This document shows positions 24,958 through 32,000 of a stretch of DNA of 32,000 bases, in pieces. Within the stretch, counting starts at the first letter, position 1. Each line of letters opens with the position of its first letter. A model generated the notes under the pieces. That model worked only from the letters and a program-made list of their open reading frames with translations, searched no databases and was not told where the DNA came from. Both the position numbers and the translations under genes were made by a program. Origin of the DNA: Deltaproteobacteria bacterium (GTDB lineage Bacteria > Myxococcota_A > Polyangia > Fen-1088); NCBI GenBank assembly GCA_033763315.1, contig JANRKS010000008.1, positions 26,175 to 58,174 of the forward strand, given 5' to 3'.

Positions 24958-27900
24958 TTGGCCGCTGCGTCCCCTATACTGCGACGTTCCCAAGGAGACG
25001 TCCCCCTGCCCGTCGACAACCAGAAATCCTTCCCGCCCAGTCTGGGTGAAGCGCCCATTGCCGTTGTGGGAGTGTCGGCCTTGTTCCCGGGCTCCGTGAA
25101 CAAGGAGGGGTTTTGGCGCGACATCTTGGCCGGTAAGGATCTGCTGACCGATGTGCCCGCCACCCACTGGTTGATCGACGACTATTACGACGCCGATCCA
25201 AAGGCCCGTGACAAAACCTACGCGCGGCGCGGGGCGTTTTTGCCAGAGGTGGATTTTGATCCCGTGGCGTGGGGCCTGCCACCCACGTTGCTGCCCAACA
25301 CAGACACAACGCAATTGCTGGCGCTGATCGTGGCGCAACAGGTTCTTGAAGACGCGTGTGGCACGCAATTTAAAACCGTGAACCGCGAACGCATCAGCGT
25401 GATCTTGGGCGTGACGTCCGCACAAGAGCTGCTGGGCAACATGGTCAGCCGGCTGCAAAAGCCGGTGTGGGTCAAAGCCCTGCGCGAGATGGGTTTGCCG
25501 GAAAGCAAAGTGCAGGACGCCTGCGATCGCATCGCGTCTCACTACGTTGAATGGAAAGAAAGCACCTTTCCCGGTGTTTTAGGCAACGTGGTTGCGGGGC
25601 GCATCGCCAACCGCCTGAACTTGGGCGGCACGAACTGCGTGACAGACGCCGCCTGTGCCAGCAGCTTGTCGGCGTTGTCGATGGCTGTGTCTGAACTGCG
25701 CCTTGGTCAATCAGACATGGTGATCACCGGCGGCGCCGACACCATGAACGACATCTTCATGTACATCTGCTTCTCGAAGACACCTGCGCTTTCACCCACG
25801 GGTGATTGCCGGCCGTTTTCGGATCAAGCCGATGGCACGATGTTGGGCGAAGGCTTGGGCATGTTGGCGCTCAAACGTTTGGCCGACGCTGAACGTGATG
25901 GCGATCGCATTTATGCGCTGATCAAAGGCATCGGCACGTCTTCGGATGGCCGTTCCAAGAGCGTGTACGCGCCGGTGGCCGCGGGACAAGCGGTGGCGTT
26001 GCGACGCGCTTATGAAGAGGCGGGTTATAGCCCAAGCACCGTGCAGTTGGTGGAGGCGCATGGCACCGGCACGCGCGCGGGCGATGCCGCTGAATTTGAA
26101 GGGCTTCGCACTGTATTCGATGAGGCCGGCCGCGGCGACAAAGCTTGGTGCGCGCTGGGATCGGTGAAATCACAGGTGGGCCACACGAAAGCCGCCGCGG
26201 GCGCGGCCGGCTTGTTCAAAGCTGTAATGGCGCTTCACCACAAAGTGCTGCCACCCACAATCAAAGTGGACCGGCCCGACCCGAAATTAAACATCGAGCA
26301 AAGCCCGTTTTATCTAAACACGGTGGCGCGGCCATGGGTACGCAGCGGCGCGCATCCGCGTCGTGCGTCGGTCAGTTCGTTTGGGTTTGGCGGGTCCAAC
26401 TTTCACGTGGCGTTGGAAGAATACACAGGCCCCGCAACGGCGGCGCGCTTGCTGCCTGATGTGGGGCACGTGGTTTTGCTGTCGGGCACACAGGCGGAAT
26501 TGGCCGCACGCTGCGCCGCTTTGGCCGCGCAGTTCGATGAAGCACCGGCCGGCGTGTTGGCTTTCGTGGCGTGGGATTCACAACGCACGTTCGAGCCCAA
26601 AGCCACGGCGCGCTTAAGTGTGTTTGCCGCGAGCGAAGCCGATGCGGCGGCGAAGTTCAAACAAGCCGAGGCCATCGTGAAGACGGGACACGATCTGGTC
26701 TCGCCTGCAGGCATCGAATTCTGTGCAACACCTGCCAGCGGTAGCCTGGCGTTCTTATTTCCCGGTCAAGGCAGCCAATATCTTGGCATGGCCGCGGACA
26801 CTGTGATGGGCGTTCCGTCGGCGATGCAGGCGTGGGAGCAAGCGTGCGGCGACGCTGGATCGTGGGGCGCGGCTTTGGCCGAGGTCACGTACCCGCAGCC
26901 GGTGTTCGATGATGAACAACGGCAAGCGCAAGCGCTGCGGTTGACCGCCACCGAATGGGCACAGCCCGCGATCGGCGCCACGAGCTTGGCGTTGTTGAAA
27001 ATCTTGCGCGCGTTGCAAGTCGAGCCTGCGTACGTGGCGGGCCACAGCTTCGGTGAAGTCACGGCGTTGCATGCGGCCGGCGTGTTTGGCGCGGCCGACG
27101 TCATGCACATTGCACGCAAGCGGGGCGAGTTGATGGCCGCGGCGTCGGCCACACCGGGCGCGATGCTTGGCGTGGCAACAGCCTTGGTCGATGTGCAACA
27201 GCATCTGCGCGACGCTGGTCACGTTGGGCCCGACGCACGCGTCGTGGTGGCAAACCACAACACACCTAAACAAGTTGTGTTGTCGGGGCACACAGGCGAC
27301 ATCGAAGCGATGGAGGCGCGTCTTAAAGCTGCCGGCGTCAACGTCACACGTTTGAATGTGTCCACGGCATTTCACTCGCCCTTGGTGGCAGGTGCCGCCG
27401 TGCCGCTGCAAGCGTTCTTGCAAGACGTGCACATCGGCCCTCCAGTTATGCCCGTGTTTGCAAACACCACGGCTGGCCATTACCCAACCGACAAAAACGC
27501 GATCCGTGAGTTGTTGGCAAACCAAGTGGCCAACCCCGTGCGCTTCGTGGAACAGATCGAAGCCATGTACGCGGCCGGCGTGCGCACCTTTGTGGAAGTG
27601 GGCCCGGGCCATGTGTTGACGGCGCTCGTGGGCCACATCTTGAAGGACCGCCCGCACCGCGCCGTCGCTTTGGATCGCAAAGGACGCAATGGCCTCAGCA
27701 CCTTGTTGCAAGGCCTTGGCGCGTTGGCCTTGGCAGGAAACGCGATTGATTTTTCCGCCTGGTGGCAGCCGTTTGCGCAACCCACCGATCCCCGTTTGCA
27801 GACCAAACCTGCACTGACCCTAAAAGTGGGCGGTGCCAGTTTCGGAAAGCCTTATCCCCCTGCTGGAGGAGCAGCCGCTTTGCCTAAGCCCAATGAAGAG

Positions 27901-30900
27901 AGCCCCGTTTCACAACCGTTGACCCCCGCGGCCGCGCCGGCGCCTGTGGCACCAGCGCCCGCAGCCATGCCCGTGATGGATGCAAGCGTGCAGTACGCGT
28001 GGGTTATGGCGATCACCGAAAGCCAACGCCAAACGGCGGAGGCCCACGCAGCGTTCGCGCGCGCCATGGCCGAAACGCACGCGGCATTCTTGCGGTCGGC
28101 CGAAGCATCGCTGATGGGGCTCAACGCCGCTTTGGGTGGCAACGCCGTGGCGCCGTCGTTCGCGCCGCCAGCACCTGTGTTTGCAGCACCGCCAGCACCT
28201 GTGTTTGCAGCGCCGCCAGCTCCTGTGTTTGCAGCGCAGCCAGCTCCTGCACCTGTGTTGGCAGCGCCCTCAGCACCTGCGTTTGCGGCACCGCCAGCAC
28301 CTGCACCGATGTTCACAGCGCCGCCCACACCTAGTGTTGTGCCTGCGCCGCCCACGCCGGCGCCATCACAAAGCACACCGGCAGGGCTATCGCTTGAAAG
28401 CTTGCAAGCGTTGATGCTGCAAGTGGTGGCTTCGCGCACCGGATACCCCGAGGAGATGTTGGGCCTCGGTATGGATCTTGAAGCCGACTTGGGCGTGGAT
28501 TCGATCAAGCGCGTTGAAATCCTTTCCGCCGTGATGGAACGCGCGCCGGGGTTGCCTGAGGTGAACACGGCAAAGATGGCGTCGATGCGGACGTTGGCCG
28601 AGATCGTCGCTTATCTTGCCAAAGAAGGCGGCTTGGGCGCCAACGGCACCAGCGAACATCACAAGGCCAACGGAAAACCGAACGGCAAAGCGAGTGAATC
28701 GAATGGCGCCGTGGAGGGCGTCCCCCGCCCTTTAGTTGAAAGCCCTGGGGTCACCACCCTAGGGCGCCAAGCTTTGCGCGCGGTTGTGTCACCGGCTTTG
28801 GGGTTAGCCACGGCAGGCGTGCTCGACGGACGCGTGATCATCACCGATGACGGACAAGGCGTGGCCTTTGCTTTGGCCGAACGATTGCGGAACCGGGGCG
28901 CGCAAGTGCAGGTGTGCTTGGCCACAGCCGTGCCGTCAGATGCCAACGTGCTGATCGCGCTCGACGGCTTGCGCGGCTTCAGCAGTCCCGCGGGCGCAGA
29001 CGCGATCAACCGTGAATCATTCATCGCGGCGCGCTCGGTGGCCGCTGCCTTCGAGAAAAACGGTGGCACATTCATCACTGTGCAAGACACGGGTGGCGAC
29101 TTTGGCCTTTCGGGTTCGCACCGCGCGTGGGTGGCAGGCATCTCCGCGTTGGCACGCACGGCCGCCATCGAGTGGCCTCAAGCCACCGTGCGCGCCTTGG
29201 ATGTGGAACGCGACGAGCGCACCGCAGAACAGATCGCCGATGCGATTGCCAATGAACTTATGGCGGGTGGCCCCGAGCTTGAAATAGGTTTACGCGCCGA
29301 TGGCACGCGTGTGCGCCTGGCGTTGGAGGCTTCTGCTTTAACCTTGGGCGCCAACACCAAGGTGGATCGTGCGCAAACGTCTTTCGTGGTTGCCACGGGC
29401 GGTGCGCGTGGCGTGACCGCTGCGTGTTTGCGGGCGCTGGCCGAAGCCGCGCCAGGGCGCTTCTTGTTGCTGGGGCGCACGGCTTTGCAACCTGAACCCG
29501 CCGCATGCGCGGGGGCGCAGAGCGACGCCGAACTGAAACGGGCTTTGTTGATGGAAGCGCGCGCACAGGGCGCCACATTGACGCCGGCGGCGTTGGGCCG
29601 GCAAACGTCGGCGGTGTTGGCCAACCGCGAGGTGAACGCCACGCTGGCCGCATTGAACGCCGCAGGAAGTGAAGCCGCGTATGAAGCCGTGGACGTCACC
29701 GACGCGGCGGCCGTGGCCGCAACCATCGATCGTTATCGCGCACGTTGGGGCGCGGTATCAGGCGTGGTGCATGGCGCGGGCGTACTCGCCGATAAGTTGA
29801 TTGCACAGAAGACCGACGAACAATACACGTTGGTGACCCGCACAAAGGTGCACGGGCTGAGGGCATTGCTGCAAGCCACCGCACAAGACGCTTTGCGCTT
29901 CTTGTGTTTGTTCTCTTCGGTGGCGGCGCGCTCAGGGAACCTGGGTCAGTGCGATTACGCAATGGCGAACGAGATCTTGAACAAGGTCGCGCACGAAGAG
30001 CAGCGGCGCCGCGGCCCCAGCTGCGTTGTGCGATCGCTCGGGTGGGGCCCGTGGGATGGCGGGATGGTGGACGACGGCCTGCGCGCGCGGTTCGCCGCCA
30101 TGGGTGTGTCGTTGATTCCGGTACCTGCCGGGGCCCAAGCGATGTTGAACGAACTGGCTTTTGGCCCACAAGCCGCCACAGAAGTGGTGTTGGGTGCCAC
30201 CAACGAAGACGACGGCGCCTCCCACAGTCTGGCCGGGCCCGACGCCGGCCACGAGCTTGAATGTGAAGTGCACGTCAACCACGAATCGCACGCGTATCTT
30301 GACGGCCATCGCATCAAGGGCGTTCCCGTGGTGCCGGTGGCGTTGGTCATCGATTGGTTCGCGCGCGCCGCACACGCTTTGCGCCCGGACTTGGTGTTGT
30401 CAGCGATCCGCAACGTGAAGGTGCTGCGAGGCGTGCGCCTGTTTGGGTTTGATCAAGGCGCAACGGAGCGCGTGGTGATCAAAGCGCGGCAGCTATCCAA
30501 TGGCGGTCAAGCGACGCTGTCACTTGAGCTGCGTTCCACCGAAGGCGCCAAGCTTTACACCGCCACCGGCGAGATGCGAACGCACGCGTCCATCGCCACC
30601 CGCCCCGCGCCCGTTTTGGAGGCGTTGCAGTCGTCACCCCGCGTGGTGTATGGCCAGGCGCCGTTGTTTCACGGTCCCACCTTTCAAATGATCGACGCGT
30701 TGACCGGTATCGCGCCCGGCGGGTTGGCGGCAACCATCAACGGTGTGTTGGCTTTGTCGTGGCACGAAGCGGGCGCGCACAGGCCGTGGCGCACGGATCC
30801 CGCGGCGGTGGATGCGGCGCTGCAGTTGGCGCTGTTGTGGACGCATCATAAAGTGGGTGGCGTTTCGCTGCCCACGGGGCTCGAAGCCCTGTTGATTCAC

Positions 30901-31092
30901 AAGACGGGCCCTTGGATTGGCCGTGTGCACGCCACGCTGCAAACGCGGCATCCGCAAGGCGAACACAAAGATCGCTGCGTGGTGGATGTTGTGTTCGTCA
31001 ACGATCTGGGTGACGTCTTAGGCGAAGCTTTAGGCATCGAGACGCACGTCATCGCCAGCGGCGAGCCGGTGCCTGCGGCAGTCGTGGTTTAA
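24958..31092 (+). CDS. pfaA: PUFA-synthase-like multidomain polyketide/fatty acid synthase (PfaA/Pfa2-like; KS-AT-ACP-KR-DH)
   Basis: KS (VTDAACASSLSAL, VEAHGTGTRAGDAAEFE, GSVKSQVGHTKAAAG), malonyl-type AT (FLFPGQGSQYLGM, GHSFGE), one ACP (LGVDSIKRVEIL), KR (VVATGGARGVTAACLRALAE...LLLGRT), C-terminal hotdog DH-like segment (HESHAYLDGHRIKGVPVVPVALVIDWFARA). True start may be downstream of the TTG at 24958. Confidence 0.92.
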   Translation: MAAASPILRRSQGDVPLPVDNQKSFPPSLGEAPIAVVGVSALFPGSVNKEGFWRDILAGKDLLTDVPATHWLIDDYYDADPKARDKTYARRGAFLPEVDFDPVAWGLPPTLLPNTDTTQLLALIVAQQVLEDACGTQFKTVNRERISVILGVTSAQELLGNMVSRLQKPVWVKALREMGLPESKVQDACDRIASHYVEWKESTFPGVLGNVVAGRIANRLNLGGTNCVTDAACASSLSALSMAVSELRLGQSDMVITGGADTMNDIFMYICFSKTPALSPTGDCRPFSDQADGTMLGEGLGMLALKRLADAERDGDRIYALIKGIGTSSDGRSKSVYAPVAAGQAVALRRAYEEAGYSPSTVQLVEAHGTGTRAGDAAEFEGLRTVFDEAGRGDKAWCALGSVKSQVGHTKAAAGAAGLFKAVMALHHKVLPPTIKVDRPDPKLNIEQSPFYLNTVARPWVRSGAHPRRASVSSFGFGGSNFHVALEEYTGPATAARLLPDVGHVVLLSGTQAELAARCAALAAQFDEAPAGVLAFVAWDSQRTFEPKATARLSVFAASEADAAAKFKQAEAIVKTGHDLVSPAGIEFCATPASGSLAFLFPGQGSQYLGMAADTVMGVPSAMQAWEQACGDAGSWGAALAEVTYPQPVFDDEQRQAQALRLTATEWAQPAIGATSLALLKILRALQVEPAYVAGHSFGEVTALHAAGVFGAADVMHIARKRGELMAAASATPGAMLGVATALVDVQQHLRDAGHVGPDARVVVANHNTPKQVVLSGHTGDIEAMEARLKAAGVNVTRLNVSTAFHSPLVAGAAVPLQAFLQDVHIGPPVMPVFANTTAGHYPTDKNAIRELLANQVANPVRFVEQIEAMYAAGVRTFVEVGPGHVLTALVGHILKDRPHRAVALDRKGRNGLSTLLQGLGALALAGNAIDFSAWWQPFAQPTDPRLQTKPALTLKVGGASFGKPYPPAGGAAALPKPNEESPVSQPLTPAAAPAPVAPAPAAMPVMDASVQYAWVMAITESQRQTAEAHAAFARAMAETHAAFLRSAEASLMGLNAALGGNAVAPSFAPPAPVFAAPPAPVFAAPPAPVFAAQPAPAPVLAAPSAPAFAAPPAPAPMFTAPPTPSVVPAPPTPAPSQSTPAGLSLESLQALMLQVVASRTGYPEEMLGLGMDLEADLGVDSIKRVEILSAVMERAPGLPEVNTAKMASMRTLAEIVAYLAKEGGLGANGTSEHHKANGKPNGKASESNGAVEGVPRPLVESPGVTTLGRQALRAVVSPALGLATAGVLDGRVIITDDGQGVAFALAERLRNRGAQVQVCLATAVPSDANVLIALDGLRGFSSPAGADAINRESFIAARSVAAAFEKNGGTFITVQDTGGDFGLSGSHRAWVAGISALARTAAIEWPQATVRALDVERDERTAEQIADAIANELMAGGPELEIGLRADGTRVRLALEASALTLGANTKVDRAQTSFVVATGGARGVTAACLRALAEAAPGRFLLLGRTALQPEPAACAGAQSDAELKRALLMEARAQGATLTPAALGRQTSAVLANREVNATLAALNAAGSEAAYEAVDVTDAAAVAATIDRYRARWGAVSGVVHGAGVLADKLIAQKTDEQYTLVTRTKVHGLRALLQATAQDALRFLCLFSSVAARSGNLGQCDYAMANEILNKVAHEEQRRRGPSCVVRSLGWGPWDGGMVDDGLRARFAAMGVSLIPVPAGAQAMLNELAFGPQAATEVVLGATNEDDGASHSLAGPDAGHELECEVHVNHESHAYLDGHRIKGVPVVPVALVIDWFARAAHALRPDLVLSAIRNVKVLRGVRLFGFDQGATERVVIKARQLSNGGQATLSLELRSTEGAKLYTATGEMRTHASIATRPAPVLEALQSSPRVVYGQAPLFHGPTFQMIDALTGIAPGGLAATINGVLALSWHEAGAHRPWRTDPAAVDAALQLALLWTHHKVGGVSLPTGLEALLIHKTGPWIGRVHATLQTRHPQGEHKDRCVVDVVFVNDLGDVLGEALGIETHVIASGEPVPAAVVV
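25051..26420 (+). other. Ketosynthase (KS) domain of the PfaA-like protein (approximate limits)
   Basis: From APIAVVGVSALFPGS to FGFGGSNFHVALEEY; catalytic Cys and both His motifs present. Confidence 0.88.
26751..27660 (+). other. Malonyl/acyltransferase (AT) domain of the PfaA-like protein (approximate limits)
   Basis: FLFPGQGSQYLGM ... GHSFGE ... STAFHSPLVAGA ... FVEVGPGHVLTALVGHIL. Confidence 0.85.
28162..28325 (+). repeat. Tandem 24-nt repeats encoding an Ala/Pro-rich linker (APPAPVFA)n between AT and ACP
   Basis: Units 28162-28185, 28186-28209 and 28210-28233 all encode APPAPVFA with near-identical DNA (GCx CCG CCA GCx CCT GTG TTT GCA), followed by degenerate units AQPAPAPVLA, APSAPAFA, APPAPAPMF. 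Confidence 0.85.
28400..28617 (+). other. Single acyl carrier protein (ACP) domain of the PfaA-like protein (approximate limits)
   Basis: LESLQALMLQVVASRTGYPEEMLGLGMDLEADLGVDSIKRVEILSAVMERAPGLPEVNTAKMASMRTLAEIVAYL; phosphopantetheine Ser in GVDSIK. The GVDSIK/KRVEIL motif occurs only once in the 2044-aa ORF. Confidence 0.9.
29382..30110 (+). other. Ketoreductase (KR) domain of the PfaA-like protein (approximate limits)
   Basis: SFVVATGGARGVTAACLRALAEAAPGRFLLLGRT ... GVVHGAGVLADKLIAQKT ... FLCLFSSVAARSGNLGQCDYAMANEILNKVAHEE. Confidence 0.88.
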
Positions 31093-31103
31093 GAGCCCCA
31101 CGC

Positions 31104-32000
31104 ATGTCTGCTTCTTCCTTCTGTCCGATCGCGATTGTGGGGCGCGCTTGCGTTCTGCCGAACGCGCTGTCGCCGCAAGCCTTGTGGGATCTAGTGGTGC
31201 GCAACACCGTGGCCACCAGCCGCGCGCCTGCCGGTCGGTGGGGCATTGATTCCACATTGATGTTGGCCGGGCCTGGTGAGGCCACAGGCGATCGTGCACT
31301 CAACGACGTTGGTGGCTACGTGCACGGCTTCGAGCGCGTCTTTAATCCGCATGGCTTCGTGCTGCCGGGCGATTTCATCGCGGGGCTCGATCCTGTGTTC
31401 CAGTGGTTGCTGCACACCGGACGCGAAGCCTTGCGAGACGCCAAATGGGCGGGCAAGCGGTCGCGCGTCGGCGTCGCGGTGGGCAACCTTTCATATCCGT
31501 CACAAGCCTTGTCGCGCTTTGCTGAGCGCGTGTGGCTTGAAGGCCAACCTGATCCGCGCACCGGCAGCAACCACACCACCACCGGGTTGATGGATGTGCT
31601 TGGGCTGCCGCAAATCGATCCGCACAACCGCTTCATGTCTGGTCTGCCCGCGCATTTGCTGGCGCAAGCTTTGGATCTGGGTGCGGGTGCGTTTGCGCTT
31701 GATGCCGCGTGTGCGTCTTCGCTTTACGCGATCAAGGTGGCTTGTGATGCGCTGGCCGATGGCCGCGCCGATTTGATGTTGGCGGGAGCGGTGAACTGCG
31801 CCGATGACTTGTTCATTCATGCGGGCTTTACGGCCCTGTCGGCGTTGAGCCCCTCGGGCCGCACGCGACCCTTTCACGCCGAGGCCGATGGGCTTGTGCC
31901 CGCCGAAGGCGCAGCGATGGTGGCGTTGATGCGGCTCACAGACGCGCAAGCGCAAGGGGCGCCCATCTTGGGTGTCATTCGTGGCATTGGTCTGTCGAAC
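31104..32000 (+). CDS. Second PUFA-synthase-like megasynthase, N-terminal ketosynthase domain, partial (continues beyond right window edge)
   Basis: Translation from ATG 31104: MSASSFCPIAIVGRACVLPNALSPQALWDLVVRN...FALDAACASSLYAIKVACDALADGRADLMLAGAVNCADDLFIHAGFTALSALSPSGRTRPFHAEADGLVPAEGAAMVALMRL, open to the window end; starts 11 bp after the PfaA-like stop. Confidence 0.9.
   Translation, partial: MSASSFCPIAIVGRACVLPNALSPQALWDLVVRNTVATSRAPAGRWGIDSTLMLAGPGEATGDRALNDVGGYVHGFERVFNPHGFVLPGDFIAGLDPVFQWLLHTGREALRDAKWAGKRSRVGVAVGNLSYPSQALSRFAERVWLEGQPDPRTGSNHTTTGLMDVLGLPQIDPHNRFMSGLPAHLLAQALDLGAGAFALDAACASSLYAIKVACDALADGRADLMLAGAVNCADDLFIHAGFTALSALSPSGRTRPFHAEADGLVPAEGAAMVALMRLTDAQAQGAPILGVIRGIGLSN

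Noticed and set aside
26755-27780. 341-aa minus-strand ORF opposite the AT region of the PfaA-like gene
   Set aside because: It lies completely antisense to a strongly supported megasynthase, its translation shows no recognised motif, and such long antisense ORFs are expected in high-GC coding DNA.
28162-28325. Possibility that the 24-nt tandem repeats are a CRISPR or mobile repeat
   Set aside because: The repeats are contiguous, in frame, lack spacers and encode an Ala/Pro linker typical of megasynthases.

Overview
32 kb of high-GC bacterial chromosome, gene-dense on both strands. No tRNA, rRNA, CRISPR array or obvious mobile element was recognised. Left part: a partial folC downstream of accD; an FAD-dependent oxidoreductase; a HemD-like protein converging, with interlocked stop codons, on a four-gene nitrate-type ABC transporter (nrtABCD-like); a PilZ protein; a Trm112/YcaR-like small protein; and a membrane-bound HdrD/FadF-type Fe-S oxidoreductase. 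Right part: a lipoprotein vanadium-haloperoxidase-like enzyme with a complete vanadate-binding residue set lies 42 bp upstream of a PfaD-family enoyl reductase. About 10 kb further on is a PUFA-synthase-like megasynthase (KS-AT-single ACP-KR-DH, PfaA/Pfa2-like), followed 11 bp later by the KS domain of a second megasynthase (cut off by the window edge). The interval between pfaD and pfaA carries an STAS protein, a DUF1592-DUF1552 coupled pair, a MAPEG protein, a class II glutamine amidotransferase, a Tat-exported Gfo/Idh/MocA oxidoreductase and a GH106-like secreted glycoside hydrolase. The best candidate for an undescribed system is this split 'secondary lipid' (PUFA-synthase-like) locus: it has a single ACP, an Ala/Pro repeat linker and an adjacent haloperoxidase. 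All family calls come from recognised motifs; no database search was run.
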